In this document: positions 1 to 9,678 of the stretch, piece by piece | Layout: each line of letters begins with the position of its first letter | How positions within the stretch are numbered: the stretch's first letter is position 1 | Source: a virus | Taxonomy: Duplodnaviria; Caudoviricetes | Length of the DNA stretch: 59,314 nucleotides | Direction: 5' to 3' (one strand) | IMG/VR virus record: IMGVR_UViG_3300036768_000707 | Coordinates: 1-59,314 of that record | Notes under the pieces: generated by a model | What the model saw: only the letters and a program-made list of their open reading frames with translations | The model's database searches: none | What the model was told of the DNA's origin: nothing | Translations under genes and position numbers: made by a program

Positions 1-1575
1 GAGTAGCTCAAGCAGTATGCCCCAGGCCGCACCAGCAAGTACTGCTGTATAGACGACGGCACCTGCTTTGCCAACGAAATCCTCCCAAGATTCAGTGAAC
101 TTCCTGAACCGTTCGACGAAGCCTTCGAATCCCTCTACCTTTGTTTCGATGAAGTCGAAGAACTTATGAAGCAGTTCAGAAACTGCGTCGAAGATCGGAC
201 TGAGCCGTTCGAGCTGAGAAGCAAGCTTCTCGAAGACTTCCGTTAGCTTCTCGACAACAGCACTGTCCCTGATCGTGGTGAAGAGGCCCTGAGCATGATC
301 GCGGAGGCTACGGAACAGGGAGAGCATATGCTCAACAGGGACCGTCTCCGAGATCTTGTTCCAGAGGCGCGAGAATATGTCGCGAAGCTTCTCTAGGAAG
401 TCAGAGACATTGTCTACGACAACTTCTCTGAAACTGCGCGCCAGATCCAGAAACTTAGCAACGAGACGCCCCACCCATTCAACGACAGAGCTGATAGGTC
501 TCGGAAGATGCTGAAGCCAGTCATTCAGCCAATCTCCATCGCTGAAGACGAACCTGAAGTACTGGTGAAGTGCTTTGAAACCACTAACCAGACCCAGGAA
601 CTTGTCGCGCACAATCTGCAGAAGAGAGGGAAGTTTGCCGAACAGGTCGGTGAGCTCTGTGATCGCTTTGACAGCTATCTCCTTTACGAAGGAGAAGAGG
701 CTTCCAACAGCGGAAAAGATGCCGGAAACTGTCCTTGAGAAGGAAGCTGCTATCCGTTCGAACTTCTCATTTCCGGCGATATCGGCAATGAGTACAGTAA
801 AGCTCTCCAGCAGCTTGAACATCGGCAAGAATGCTTTCGCCGCAAGCTCTTCTACAGCACGCTTGAACCTCACCCGAGCGCCTTCGAAGGTATGCGTCGA
901 CTTTTCTAGCGCTCCATCGAACCGGTTGAGGCTCGCGGAGAAAGTCTCCCATATTTCCGAAGAAGAAGCTCCAGCCTTCTGCATCGCTTTCAACTTTTCC
1001 ACGACATCGGGCGTAACGACACCCATACGCTGGAGCCGTTTCAGGTACAGACTGATCGGTTGCCCCTCTTGTAGAGAAGCGTACATTCTGCCGATGAATG
1101 TTGAGATCGTAGTAAACGACTCGCCTGTTGCAACAGAGGCGTTACCAAGCTTCTCGAGATTCTCCTCGGTAAGAAGCGCTCCTGCACCAAACTTGAGCAA
1201 CTGTCTTCCGGCAGTGATCACCGACTCCGTTGGGAACGGGGTCTGTTTGGCGAACGTGATCAGTTCTTCAAGCTTCTCCTTCGCCGCATCTTCTGAACCA
1301 AGAAACGTCGAGAACTGTAGTTCTGCTTTCTCGAGATGCGAGTTGAAGCCAATGATAGCTTCCGAAACACCCTCGAACGCTTCATGGATCGCAGAGAGTC
1401 CAACTTCGGCGATTCCGAGGCCCGCCCCGATCTTGAACGCGTCAGTCAAGAACTCAGAGATTGACCCTGAACTCTTTTCCGCTTCGTGTTCCGCCTGCTG
1501 AAGACCCTGATCGAACTCGCTTGTATCAGTCGTCAGGCGAAACGTTGCGGAGCCAATCTCGCCTTCACTGGGCAT
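1..1575 (-). CDS. Tape measure protein, N-terminal part (runs off left edge)
   Basis: Manual translation from ATG 1575: MPSEGEIGSATFRLTTDTSEFDQGL...LEKAELQFSTFLGSEDAAKEKLEELITFAKQTPFPTESVITAGRQL, a typical tape-measure N-terminal domain; lies after tail chaperone genes. Confidence 0.9.
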   Translation of the reverse strand, partial: MPSEGEIGSATFRLTTDTSEFDQGLQQAEHEAEKSSGSISEFLTDAFKIGAGLGIAEVGLSAIHEAFEGVSEAIIGFNSHLEKAELQFSTFLGSEDAAKEKLEELITFAKQTPFPTESVITAGRQLLKFGAGALLTEENLEKLGNASVATGESFTTISTFIGRMYASLQEGQPISLYLKRLQRMGVVTPDVVEKLKAMQKAGASSSEIWETFSASLNRFDGALEKSTHTFEGARVRFKRAVEELAAKAFLPMFKLLESFTVLIADIAGNEKFERIAASFSRTVSGIFSAVGSLFSFVKEIAVKAITELTDLFGKLPSLLQIVRDKFLGLVSGFKALHQYFRFVFSDGDWLNDWLQHLPRPISSVVEWVGRLVAKFLDLARSFREVVVDNVSDFLEKLRDIFSRLWNKISETVPVEHMLSLFRSLRDHAQGLFTTIRDSAVVEKLTEVFEKLASQLERLSPIFDAVSELLHKFFDFIETKVEGFEGFVERFRKFTESWEDFVGKAGAVVYTAVLAGAAWGILLELL

Positions 1576-1915
1576 CGATCAGTTCTCCATCCGGTCCTTC
1601 GATCTTGACGCCGAATCCGAGAGCTGTTGCAGATGCAATCACTTCTTCCGACGTCCGAGCTGCAGGTGAGGAGAAGCTCGGACGCGCGTACGCCGTGAGC
1701 CTGCGCATGAAGGCACGCGCATCTGAAGGCTTCATGTAGGGGAGAGCTGCTGCCTGCGCATGCAGAAGCATGTACTCAGCCTTCAACCGCTCCAGCTCTT
1801 CGAGGTACACACGCTTTGCCCAGGCGGGCATGCGCGTGAGTTCGAAGAACGACAGTCCATACCAGAAGGAGAGGTCAGCATACGGCCTGTATCGCGCGTC
1901 ACTGCGCTCCGTCAA
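1565..1915 (-). CDS. Tail assembly chaperone (gpT-like, downstream part)
   Basis: Position immediately before the tape measure gene; WYGLSFFELTRMP resembles gpT-type motifs. Confidence 0.6.
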   Translation of the reverse strand: MTERSDARYRPYADLSFWYGLSFFELTRMPAWAKRVYLEELERLKAEYMLLHAQAAALPYMKPSDARAFMRRLTAYARPSFSSPAARTSEEVIASATALGFGVKIEGPDGELIDAQ

Positions 1916-2309
1916 GCCCTTCTGCCTTCCGCTGCTCTTCTGAGATCTTGGTCATGTGCGCGAGAATGCGCGCCTGCTGACCAGGCTTGAGTGCCGCGGC
2001 AACTTCATACGGCATGTCGGTCACGATCGTCAGCATCTCTGTGCGCAAGTCACGCATGCGCGCCGCAAGTCTCGTCGCGATCGCATCTGACCGCTCCCTG
2101 TCGAACTGCTCCTGAAGAAGCTTCTCTTTCTTGATGAGCAGCCGAAGGGCGGCCTCATCTTCGTCCGAGAGATAGTCCGTAGTCTTCATGGTGTAGATGC
2201 GATCGTCCACCATGAAGGTCGGTGCGGGCGCAACCTCTGTCGTGATCGCGAAGAGAGGCTCGGAGCGAGCCCCCTGCGCGTGCGACTCCGTGCTGTTATC
2301 GGTTGTCAT
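1899..2309 (-). CDS. Tail assembly chaperone (gpG-like)
   Basis: Helical ORF between major tail protein and tape measure; start MTTDNS overlaps the upstream stop (ATGA). Confidence 0.6.
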   Translation of the reverse strand: MTTDNSTESHAQGARSEPLFAITTEVAPAPTFMVDDRIYTMKTTDYLSDEDEAALRLLIKKEKLLQEQFDRERSDAIATRLAARMRDLRTEMLTIVTDMPYEVAAALKPGQQARILAHMTKISEEQRKAEGLDGAQ

Positions 2310-2539
2310 GGCTGTGACTCCTTTCCGTCTGTGCCTTCGACAATCACTTGGAATCCGAGCTCTCGGCACGCAGCGAGTAGGCGCGCGTACTCCCGCTGGA
2401 GCCGCTTCGCCTCTCGCCGATGTGCCGTCGCTGCGCGCTTGTGGTCGCGTGCGTCAGCATAGATCTGACGCGCACGATCTGTGAGAATCGTCTGCACCAT
2501 GTCGGAGGGCTGGGCCTGAAGCTGGGCCTCAACTGACAT
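2306..2539 (-). CDS. Hypothetical protein in tail operon
   Basis: GGAGG Shine-Dalgarno; coupled to the next gene. Confidence 0.6.
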   Translation of the reverse strand: MSVEAQLQAQPSDMVQTILTDRARQIYADARDHKRAATAHRREAKRLQREYARLLAACRELGFQVIVEGTDGKESQP

Positions 2540-2559
2540 GCTGCCTCCAGTACTAACTA

Positions 2560-3180
2560 CTACGCCGGCGTCACGGTTCCGAGCCTGAGCACCGTGTTCG
2601 AGTCGAACGCCAGCACGTGGAACTCAACTGCAAGAACAGCCTTGTCCCCTTTCACGAACTGCACCTGAGGCGTTCCCGCCTGGTACACAGTCGAGAGCTG
2701 GTACTGCGCGACCGCGTTCGGCGTACCACCTGTCGCGAGCGGCGATGGGAACCGCACGAGCATCTGGACGGTGTTGACAGCCACGCCAAGGTCAAGCGGC
2801 ATGTTCTTGTCGTTCGCGCCTGTCGAGATCGTGGCCTCATTCAGCGCATGCGCGAAGTTCTCAGCCGTGAGCTCTGCGATCGAGAACGACACCACAACGC
2901 CGAGCGCGTTCCTGATCGCCTTGACAGGATACGCCGTCTGGTCAACCGTGATCTCGTTGACCGTCTGCGTGTGCTGGATCTGCACACCGCCTTCTGTGTA
3001 GCCAAGGTAGTACCACGCCGTTAGCCCAGACGTCGTGACCTGTCCCGCCACCGTTGAAGAGCCATTGTTCGGCACGGTGCGCGGGTTCAGCAGTTGTGCG
3101 CATGTCGGGAACGTCGTACCCGTTGGCGCGATGTAGACATCTGCCGGCGATGCGACAACATCGAATGGAGCGACAGCCAT
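2560..3180 (-). CDS. Major tail (tube) protein
   Basis: ADVYIAPTG...WYYLGYTEGGVQI...VDQ...VSFSIAELT motifs of siphovirus tail tube proteins; synteny. Confidence 0.85.
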   Translation of the reverse strand: MAVAPFDVVASPADVYIAPTGTTFPTCAQLLNPRTVPNNGSSTVAGQVTTSGLTAWYYLGYTEGGVQIQHTQTVNEITVDQTAYPVKAIRNALGVVVSFSIAELTAENFAHALNEATISTGANDKNMPLDLGVAVNTVQMLVRFPSPLATGGTPNAVAQYQLSTVYQAGTPQVQFVKGDKAVLAVEFHVLAFDSNTVLRLGTVTPA

Positions 3181-3293
3181 CTTTCCTCCTCTCTTACTCC
3201 GTTACGTGTTCCGCACGTGTGTCGCTTGCACTTCCTCACTGCCCCAGAACGTGACGCAAGCTCTCACGTCTGGTGGTAACTGCCCTCTCGTCG

Positions 3294-3629
3294 TCATTCC
3301 TCCTCGTCGAGATCTTCGAGTTCCTCGGAGAGTGCTTCCTCTGAGGCCGCAGCCTCCTCCTCCATCTCCGCGAGCGCGCGCGCCCGCGCCTCCTGTTCGA
3401 GGCGTCTGCGCTCTTCTTCGCGTGCTAGCTCTTCGGCCCTCCGCTCTTCCTCCGCACGCGCGATCTCAGCGAGCCTCGCCTCTTCGGCCTCACGAGCTGC
3501 CCGAGCTTCCTCTTCGAGAGCCGCCTTCCGCGCCTCGACGAGTGCACGCCACTTCGCATTCGCACTCGCCTTCATCGCGCGGTAGTGTTCGGTCTCTTCG
3601 ATCGGGATATCGGATGCATCACTCGTCAC
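3294..3629 (-). CDS. Acidic coiled-coil hypothetical protein
   Basis: E/A/R-rich helical ORF with SD in the structural operon. Confidence 0.6.
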   Translation of the reverse strand: MTSDASDIPIEETEHYRAMKASANAKWRALVEARKAALEEEARAAREAEEARLAEIARAEEERRAEELAREEERRRLEQEARARALAEMEEEAAASEEALSEELEDLDEEE

Positions 3630-3650
3630 GTGCTACCCTCCTTTCCCCTG

Positions 3651-4034
3651 CTACGGCAACCGAAACGCCCAGAAGTCCGCCCCTCCTGCCCCTGTCGTGA
3701 GCTCTATCGAGCAGAAGCCAGACGAGTCGTTGTACAGGGCAGGATCGAATGGCCCCATGACTGAGACGCCGTCGTTCGTCCCAGAGGCCGGAAGAGTCGT
3801 CGGTCCGATATCGTTCACGGCAAGCCCCTGCACTGTTGCTCCCGTGATAAATGTTATCGAGCCTGCAGCTCCTTTGTTGACAACAACGACGAAGACTTTT
3901 CCGTCATTGAGGAACTTGACGCCGTTGCCGGAACCTGCAGTGACATTCTGCGGAGCCGTGTTCGTGACAGCAGCAGTGCCTGACGACGTGGGCACTTTCG
4001 TCAGTGTTGTCGGAGTGATCGTCGTGAATGCCAT
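3651..4034 (-). CDS. Virion structural protein (paralog of 4053-4430)
   Basis: Shares MAFTTI, NKGAAG, TLPASGTNDG, ELTTGAGGADFWA(F/Y)RLP with its neighbour. Confidence 0.7.
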   Translation of the reverse strand: MAFTTITPTTLTKVPTSSGTAAVTNTAPQNVTAGSGNGVKFLNDGKVFVVVVNKGAAGSITFITGATVQGLAVNDIGPTTLPASGTNDGVSVMGPFDPALYNDSSGFCSIELTTGAGGADFWAFRLP

Positions 4035-4052
4035 CTGTCTACTCCTTTACCC

Positions 4053-4430
4053 CTACGGAAGGCGATATGCCCAGAAATCAGCACCGCCTGCACCTGTTGT
4101 AAGCTCGACTCTGATCTTGCTCGTCACAGGGTCATTACACGTCAAAGTGTCGAATGGCCCAAAGATTGACATACCATCGTTCGTTCCAGAGGCTGGAAGC
4201 GTGATGGAGCCAATATCCGCGATCGCGAGTCCTCGCCACGTGCCCATGGTAATGAGCGAGAGCGTCCCCGCGGCGCCTTTGTTCATGATGAGCAGAAACG
4301 TCTGGCCGTCATTCACGACCTCGATTCCATTTCCAGCGCCCGCGGTTACAGCTTGGCCAGGAGAGTTGAAGATCTGCGTCCCAGAAACTGGATCCGCCAG
4401 TTGGATCTGCGAAATCGTCGTAAAGGCCAT
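4053..4430 (-). CDS. Virion structural protein (paralog of 3651-4034)
   Basis: Tandem paralog; SD GGAG. Confidence 0.7.
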   Translation of the reverse strand: MAFTTISQIQLADPVSGTQIFNSPGQAVTAGAGNGIEVVNDGQTFLLIMNKGAAGTLSLITMGTWRGLAIADIGSITLPASGTNDGMSIFGPFDTLTCNDPVTSKIRVELTTGAGGADFWAYRLP

Positions 4431-4445
4431 ACAGCTTGCTCCTTC

Positions 4446-4871
4446 CTATGCCACCGCTATCGCTGAGACATAGAGCTCAGCAAAGAGGTCTGTTTCCCAC
4501 AGCTCTTCTGTCTGCCGCAGTGTCGGGCCTCCAGCGACAAACATCGATGAGATCCGGTAGTAATGGCCATCACTCAGGAGCGGCGTAAGTACGTTCACAG
4601 CTCCATGGATTGCGGCCTGAACCGTCCGTTGGATCAGCTCAGCCTGTGTGAGTGTTGGATGGACACAGGCGATGCGAAGGCGTGAACGCAGCATCGGAAC
4701 ATGTCGCTCAACCGTGTTGATGCCTCCGGAGAAGATCGAGATCGCTCCCTGTTTCTCCGCCTCGTACGTCGCACCTCCGACGAAGATGCCGCCTGGAGCG
4801 ACAGCAACAACTTCCGGAATGCTCTTCAGGTAAAGGAGCAGCATCTCAAGCGTCGAGGGAGTGGGAGTCAT
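4446..4871 (-). CDS. Tail terminator/completion protein
   Basis: Size and position after the HK97 gp10-like gene. Confidence 0.6.
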   Translation of the reverse strand: MTPTPSTLEMLLLYLKSIPEVVAVAPGGIFVGGATYEAEKQGAISIFSGGINTVERHVPMLRSRLRIACVHPTLTQAELIQRTVQAAIHGAVNVLTPLLSDGHYYRISSMFVAGGPTLRQTEELWETDLFAELYVSAIAVA

Positions 4872-5299
4872 GAGATAACAGCTCCTTCCTCTTCGAACGC
4901 TTGACGGAAGATGTCAGCGACGGCATCGAGAGAAGCCTCGTAGGCGGGCTGCAGATACTCATGTCCAGGCCGCACTTCTTCGTAGATCGCGTACGGAATC
5001 CAGGAGCCAACGAGAACCGTCGCAATGCTCTCACTCTCCCAGGTCGGAAGCTCCATCGTCGCATCTCCCTGCATATCGAAGAGGTCTATGTCGTGTCGAG
5101 CGAAGTCGAAATCGTTCTCCCCTGTGTACTCTGCGGGAGCAGCATGGATTGAACGTCTGAGCGTGCCTGTCACGACGTGCGCATTCTCCTTCGCCGACGC
5201 GACGATGGTCTCAGCCCACGCAACCATCGCGCGACCGACTGCGATCCGCGCGCGATCGCCCAGCTCCTGTCCGTGCCACTGCAGCTCAAAGTCAGCCAC
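4868..5299 (-). CDS. HK97 gp10-like neck protein
   Basis: AHVVTGTLRRSI, VGSWIPYAIYEE, YLQPAYE motifs. Confidence 0.85.
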   Translation of the reverse strand: MADFELQWHGQELGDRARIAVGRAMVAWAETIVASAKENAHVVTGTLRRSIHAAPAEYTGENDFDFARHDIDLFDMQGDATMELPTWESESIATVLVGSWIPYAIYEEVRPGHEYLQPAYEASLDAVADIFRQAFEEEGAVIS

Positions 5300-5666
5300 C
5301 TGTGTATCCCCTGTAGAGCGTACACGGCACTTCGATGTGATGAGACCTTCCGTCTGCTGTCGAGATCGGCTTGCGAAGCTGCGGGATGAGGTTACGCGCG
5401 ATCACAGTGCCATCTGGCCGCGTGACCATCGTAATGCGGTCCTGTTCGTCGAGCTGCACAGTTGCAGGAAAGTAGACGATGTGGTCGATGCGGACAATGC
5501 CTTGTGTCGTCTCGAGCGCCGTGATCCCCCCAGTTGGGTTCGACAGTCGGCAAGGCACATTCTCAGCCTTCTTCGTGTACTCGAGCACAGACTGGCCGAA
5601 TCTGTCCACCTGTGACGACGGGGCTTCGATCGTCGCGCGGTGAGGCATGAGTGTGCTGATGCTCAT
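5292..5666 (-). CDS. Head closure / head-tail joining protein
   Basis: VDRFG...NVPCRL...DRI...HHIEV pattern; synteny. Confidence 0.75.
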   Translation of the reverse strand: MSISTLMPHRATIEAPSSQVDRFGQSVLEYTKKAENVPCRLSNPTGGITALETTQGIVRIDHIVYFPATVQLDEQDRITMVTRPDGTVIARNLIPQLRKPISTADGRSHHIEVPCTLYRGYTGG

Positions 5667-6304
5667 ACCGTCCTCACCTTCGGCGCCTTGAATGGGCGAA
5701 GCCAGGCGATGGCGCGATCTGGCACGCCCTGTGCGTCTGCTTGCCCTGACGCGCGCGAGTATGAGTAGTCGCCGAGACGCTCCGACACGACATCAGATAC
5801 CGATGACTCCTGCTGCGTGTACCAGGACGCAGCGATCAGTGCCGTCGCTTCTCTGACAGGTTTCGGCACATGCGCTGATGCGGTGTACGTGACCTCCACC
5901 CTGTCGTACGTGCCCACGATCCTGGATTGCGCCCAGATCGGAGTGTCGAACTGAGCTGGAGAGCCAGGGCCGATGAGTCCGAGTCCACGGTACAGCAGCT
6001 GGACTTTGCCTTCTTTGAGCACCTGAAACGACTGGTTCGGTGTCAGCTGTTCTCCCACAGACGCTGCAGATCTGAACACGGCAACAGCTACATTAGTCGG
6101 GGTGCGGTCGCGCAGTATGAGGATCGCGTCCCAGCGCACGTTGTTGAACTTCTCAGTGACTGTCCCCTGGACATCGAGGTCGCGACCGAGATACTCGCGC
6201 ACCCACTCTTCTGCAGCTTCAAGCAAAGGCGTAACTTCGCTCGAGATGTCTTGATCCATCGCTCGAAGCCACCGCTGCACATCTGAAACTGTCGCGATCG
6301 TCAT
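5663..6304 (-). CDS. Head-tail connector (gp6/gp15-like)
   Basis: LLEAAEEWVREYLGR, VEVTYTA...VPKPVREA, SERLGDYSYS motifs. Confidence 0.85.
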   Translation of the reverse strand: MTIATVSDVQRWLRAMDQDISSEVTPLLEAAEEWVREYLGRDLDVQGTVTEKFNNVRWDAILILRDRTPTNVAVAVFRSAASVGEQLTPNQSFQVLKEGKVQLLYRGLGLIGPGSPAQFDTPIWAQSRIVGTYDRVEVTYTASAHVPKPVREATALIAASWYTQQESSVSDVVSERLGDYSYSRASGQADAQGVPDRAIAWLRPFKAPKVRTV

Positions 6305-6307
6305 CGC

Positions 6308-6706
6308 TCAGACCTCGATCACGAGAGTCACGGTTACGCAGTCAACGATCGCATTTGATGCGGAGACAGCGACCGTGATGTTGCCATTGGCGAACAGGGG
6401 AGATGCGCGCGTTGGGCTCTCGGTTGACGGAACATCGGTCGCGAGAGCTCCCGCCTGCTTGAGAGGTTCAACGACCTGCCTGATGGGGATGTCGGTATTG
6501 CCTGCGGAAACCGTCACGACATCGCGTGTGCCTCCAACACCGACATCCTGCAACTTGACGACAGTCGTTGCGGGAGCCGTTGGGGCGTAATCTACTCCGA
6601 CGCCAACGAGGCGACAGGGCGGCACACCGATGCGCGCAGTCCCCGTTGCTGCTCCTGCAGATCCTGTCGTTGTGACCCGTACGGTGAGTGTGCGGAGCGC
6701 CATCAC
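6308..6706 (-). CDS. Putative structural protein
   Basis: Beta-rich T/V/A ORF in the head-neck block. Confidence 0.55.
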   Translation of the reverse strand: MMALRTLTVRVTTTGSAGAATGTARIGVPPCRLVGVGVDYAPTAPATTVVKLQDVGVGGTRDVVTVSAGNTDIPIRQVVEPLKQAGALATDVPSTESPTRASPLFANGNITVAVSASNAIVDCVTVTLVIEV

Positions 6707-7155
6707 TCCTCCCCTTCGTCGATCACAACCTCTTCTACCACATCGTCGTCATCGTCAGCCTCAGCCTCAGCCTCTGGCTCTGCGTCAGATGATGCCTCCG
6801 AAGCGGCCTGCTCCTCGTAGTCTGGATGCGCACGTGTCAGATGCACGCGGACACCGATCTTCGATCGCATCTCGGCGTTGCACACGGGGCAGAGGAAGCG
6901 TTCGGCGTTGCCTTCGCGCACGTCACGTCGCGTGAGAGGCTGCGTCCCAGGCGGGTCTGATGCCTGTTCGTAGAAGACGGGAGCCGGTTCAGGAGCTTCA
7001 GGATCCGCAGGAGCGGCCACTTCGCGCACGATAAGCCCTTCATGCACGCGCGCAGCTTCTGCCGTGCTGTCGTCCACGACATAGACGCCTGGCCGATAGA
7101 GCTTGCCCGCATACCCCCAGATTCCGACATGTCCGGTCACTTCGAGCTCGTACAC
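6703..7155 (-). CDS. C2H2 zinc-finger-containing protein with acidic tail
   Basis: FLCPVC...VHLTRAH. Confidence 0.6.
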   Translation of the reverse strand: MYELEVTGHVGIWGYAGKLYRPGVYVVDDSTAEAARVHEGLIVREVAAPADPEAPEPAPVFYEQASDPPGTQPLTRRDVREGNAERFLCPVCNAEMRSKIGVRVHLTRAHPDYEEQAASEASSDAEPEAEAEADDDDDVVEEVVIDEGEE

Positions 7156-7159
7156 GAGG

Positions 7160-8068
7160 CTACTCCCACATGATGAGGTGGATGCTGTCGCCTGCAGCCC
7201 AGTCCGTTGCGCCCGAGTTGTCCACGATCGCGTATCCGGGGATGGAGCCCGATGGAGCCACGAACGTCACTGCACCATCCCACGCTTTGCGCACGCCCGC
7301 CGACGTGTGCACCTCGACGTGCCACACCGACGGATTGCCAGAGAAGCCATGCGGGACGTAGACTTTGCCCTCCGTCACTTCTGCCGCCGTCGCCGTCCGC
7401 GCGACAGCAACATACCGCTGGACAGAAGGGTTGAAGCCACCCGATGTCGAGGTCGCGTCGAATGCGCCGTTCGCCATCGTCTCGGTGGTCGTGAGCGAAA
7501 GAGCGCCGCTCGACTCGCCGAACAGGAGCACAGCCGTCGTACCGATCGCGACAGCCTTGAGCTTGTTGATCCCTTTGTCCGTGCCGCCGTCGTTATTGAC
7601 GATGTGGACGAACGAGGAGATGAAGTTCGCGGCGCTGGTCGACAGCACGCCGAGCGGGATGCGCCCGGCGGTAACAGACGACTTGGTCACCGCCGCGTTC
7701 GTGTGCGTTGCAGGAGTCGTCCCCGCCCAACCACGCACCACTTTGACCGTGTTCGCGTCTTTGACGGCGAGGACCTTCATGATCTCCGTGTCCGCCTTGA
7801 TCACGTCGTTGGCGTTGAGACCATGGTTGGTGAGGGTCAAGAGCGTTGATGTCGTGTCAGCAACGGTGAGCGTGGGAGTGACAGGCGTCGTGAGCGTGTC
7901 GATCTCGAGCACATCTGCGCCAACCGTCACCGTCTCCGTGTCTGACGTCACGCCCGACACGCGCAAGATTCCGTACTCGCGATCCTGCGACGTGTTCAGC
8001 AAGCGCCTGAGGTCTTTGACGCGGGCGAAACCGCGTCCAATGTCGAAGCTGAGCGTTGTTCGTGCCAC
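7160..8068 (-). CDS. Putative capsid decoration / head fibre protein
   Basis: Follows the capsid gene; EIMKVLAV...VKVVRGWAGTTPATH motif also seen in the 58136+ protein (LMIVQAV...LLRGALGSTKQTH). Confidence 0.55.
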   Translation of the reverse strand: MARTTLSFDIGRGFARVKDLRRLLNTSQDREYGILRVSGVTSDTETVTVGADVLEIDTLTTPVTPTLTVADTTSTLLTLTNHGLNANDVIKADTEIMKVLAVKDANTVKVVRGWAGTTPATHTNAAVTKSSVTAGRIPLGVLSTSAANFISSFVHIVNNDGGTDKGINKLKAVAIGTTAVLLFGESSGALSLTTTETMANGAFDATSTSGGFNPSVQRYVAVARTATAAEVTEGKVYVPHGFSGNPSVWHVEVHTSAGVRKAWDGAVTFVAPSGSIPGYAIVDNSGATDWAAGDSIHLIMWE

Positions 8069-8127
8069 TGGTTCCTATTCCTCCTTGCTGGGCCTTTCGG
8101 TTTGTTGACCCTGTCTGTTTCAGGTAT

Positions 8128-8151
8128 GAGGGGCGGAAATTACCGCCCCTC
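8128..8151 (-). terminator. Stem-loop after major capsid gene
   Basis: GAGGGGCGG-AAATTA-CCGCCCCTC perfect 9-bp stem; no strong U-tract. Confidence 0.45.
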
Positions 8152-8187
8152 ACCCTAGCCCTGACGCAAGCTTTACCTCCAGAACCT

Positions 8188-9165
8188 TTACGGTTCGACG
8201 TCCACGTTCTTCGCGACCACGGTCGCGGGCACGTGAGCGACTTTGGCGTCAACACGCGTCGAGACAACGAACGATGTCGCTCCCTCGCGCGGGTCACGCC
8301 ACTTCTCCATCCGCACCTGACGCCTAAACCCTGCGTACAGGTTCATGCGGTGCGTCAAGAGGATCGTCGACCGGTCCGGTGTGCCAGGAGTCACCGCCTG
8401 GAGCGGCACGCCCTTGATTGGGATCTCCTGGTACATGAGCTGCGTCCCACCCTGGAGCATCATGTCTCCGAGCGGCGTACCACGCGCAGCGAGTGTGTCG
8501 CGATACTTCTCTTCGAGCCTCTGCGGGACGTAGAACCGCATGTTGGCCTTGTCCCTCTTGTACTTGTCAGGCAAGGCCGAGAGCATCTTGGAGAAGATCG
8601 CTTGATAGTCCTGACCGTCCGCCGAGGCGTCATACGTGTTGTTGCCCGCCCCGGTCGTCGCCTGCTTGATCCACCCGTCGAGAAGGGCGAGGTAGGGGTC
8701 GCCAGACGTCGTGTCGCCGTTGAGCATGAGCTCTTCGATGTCGCGACCAACGGCTTCTGCGATCATCGCCATGAGCGTGTCCGCGAAGCCCTCCTGCTCG
8801 ACCTGATCTTCCAGCACCTCGTCCGACACAGGCACTTCGCCGCGCAACAGGACCGTGCTGATCTCAACGACACCCGTTGTCGGGACAGCGCGATCCGCAT
8901 CCGCAAGACGCGTCGCCTCGACGCCGGGCTTCAAGACGCGTGACGCGAAGTCGATCTTCGACTCCTGCCACTTGTTAGCGTTAGCCATGACGGTCCGCAC
9001 GTCAGGCAAGATCACTTGCGGCGTGATCGCCAGGCGAAGGAACGTCCTGACCTGTTCGATTGTGAGCGGAGCCTGACCTGGCCCACCGAAATCAGCCGCG
9101 TCTGGTGAAGACGAGATATTCAGTGTGGCCTTCTGCAGAAGCTCCGCGTTACTGAGACGTGCCAT
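8188..9165 (-). CDS. Major capsid protein (HK97 fold, XkdG-like)
   Basis: VSDEVLEDQVE...IAEAVGRDIEELMLNGDT, DGWIKQA; about 325 aa after the scaffold gene. Confidence 0.9.
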   Translation of the reverse strand: MARLSNAELLQKATLNISSSPDAADFGGPGQAPLTIEQVRTFLRLAITPQVILPDVRTVMANANKWQESKIDFASRVLKPGVEATRLADADRAVPTTGVVEISTVLLRGEVPVSDEVLEDQVEQEGFADTLMAMIAEAVGRDIEELMLNGDTTSGDPYLALLDGWIKQATTGAGNNTYDASADGQDYQAIFSKMLSALPDKYKRDKANMRFYVPQRLEEKYRDTLAARGTPLGDMMLQGGTQLMYQEIPIKGVPLQAVTPGTPDRSTILLTHRMNLYAGFRRQVRMEKWRDPREGATSFVVSTRVDAKVAHVPATVVAKNVDVEP

Positions 9166-9188
9166 AGTCTCCTCCTCCTCGTCTCTCA

Positions 9189-9656
9189 CTAACCCAAGAT
9201 GATGGGCGTGCCCATCGGCCGCTTGTTCAACGCCGCGAAGACGCTGTCGAAGCTTTCGCGCTTCGCCTTGCCCTTCGTGACAGGCTCGGACTTGTCGGTC
9301 TCTTCGAAGTCGTCAGCCGCGATCGCCTTCGTCACCGCGGTGCTCGCCTCGACACGCTCGAGCCTTTCGAGCATCTTCGCGAGCACATCGGCGTGCGCCT
9401 CCGAGTCTTCAACTGACTTCTTGACCGCGGTCGCGATCTCGCCATCCGGAGAGAGCGCCTTCGCGATCTTTTCCACCTGTTCGGCGAGTTCCGCGACTTT
9501 GGCCTCGAGTGACTTCTTCGTCTGTTCCTCCTGACTCGGTGTCGGCGCTGAAGCCTCTTCCGAACTCGACGCCTCCAACTCAGAGAGCGCCTTCGTGAGC
9601 GACTCGTTGAGCCCCTTGAAGAACTCCTCGAGCAACTTCGTCGTTTCTGTTGCCAT
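9189..9656 (-). CDS. Scaffolding protein
   Basis: Acidic coiled coil immediately upstream of the capsid gene. Confidence 0.7.
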   Translation of the reverse strand: MATETTKLLEEFFKGLNESLTKALSELEASSSEEASAPTPSQEEQTKKSLEAKVAELAEQVEKIAKALSPDGEIATAVKKSVEDSEAHADVLAKMLERLERVEASTAVTKAIAADDFEETDKSEPVTKGKAKRESFDSVFAALNKRPMGTPIILG

Positions 9657-9678
9657 GAACTTTCCTTCCTCCTCTACT

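Noticed and set aside
575-1501. Long plus-strand ORFs opposite structural and replication genes (also 16969-18111, 26551-27948, 40414-41403, 50482-51432)
   Set aside because: Antisense shadows of real minus-strand genes in GC-rich DNA; no motifs or SDs
1899-1960. Programmed -1 frameshift in the tail assembly chaperone
   Set aside because: No XXXYYYZ slippery heptamer seen and the downstream ORF is in the +1/-2 frame; not supported, though not excluded
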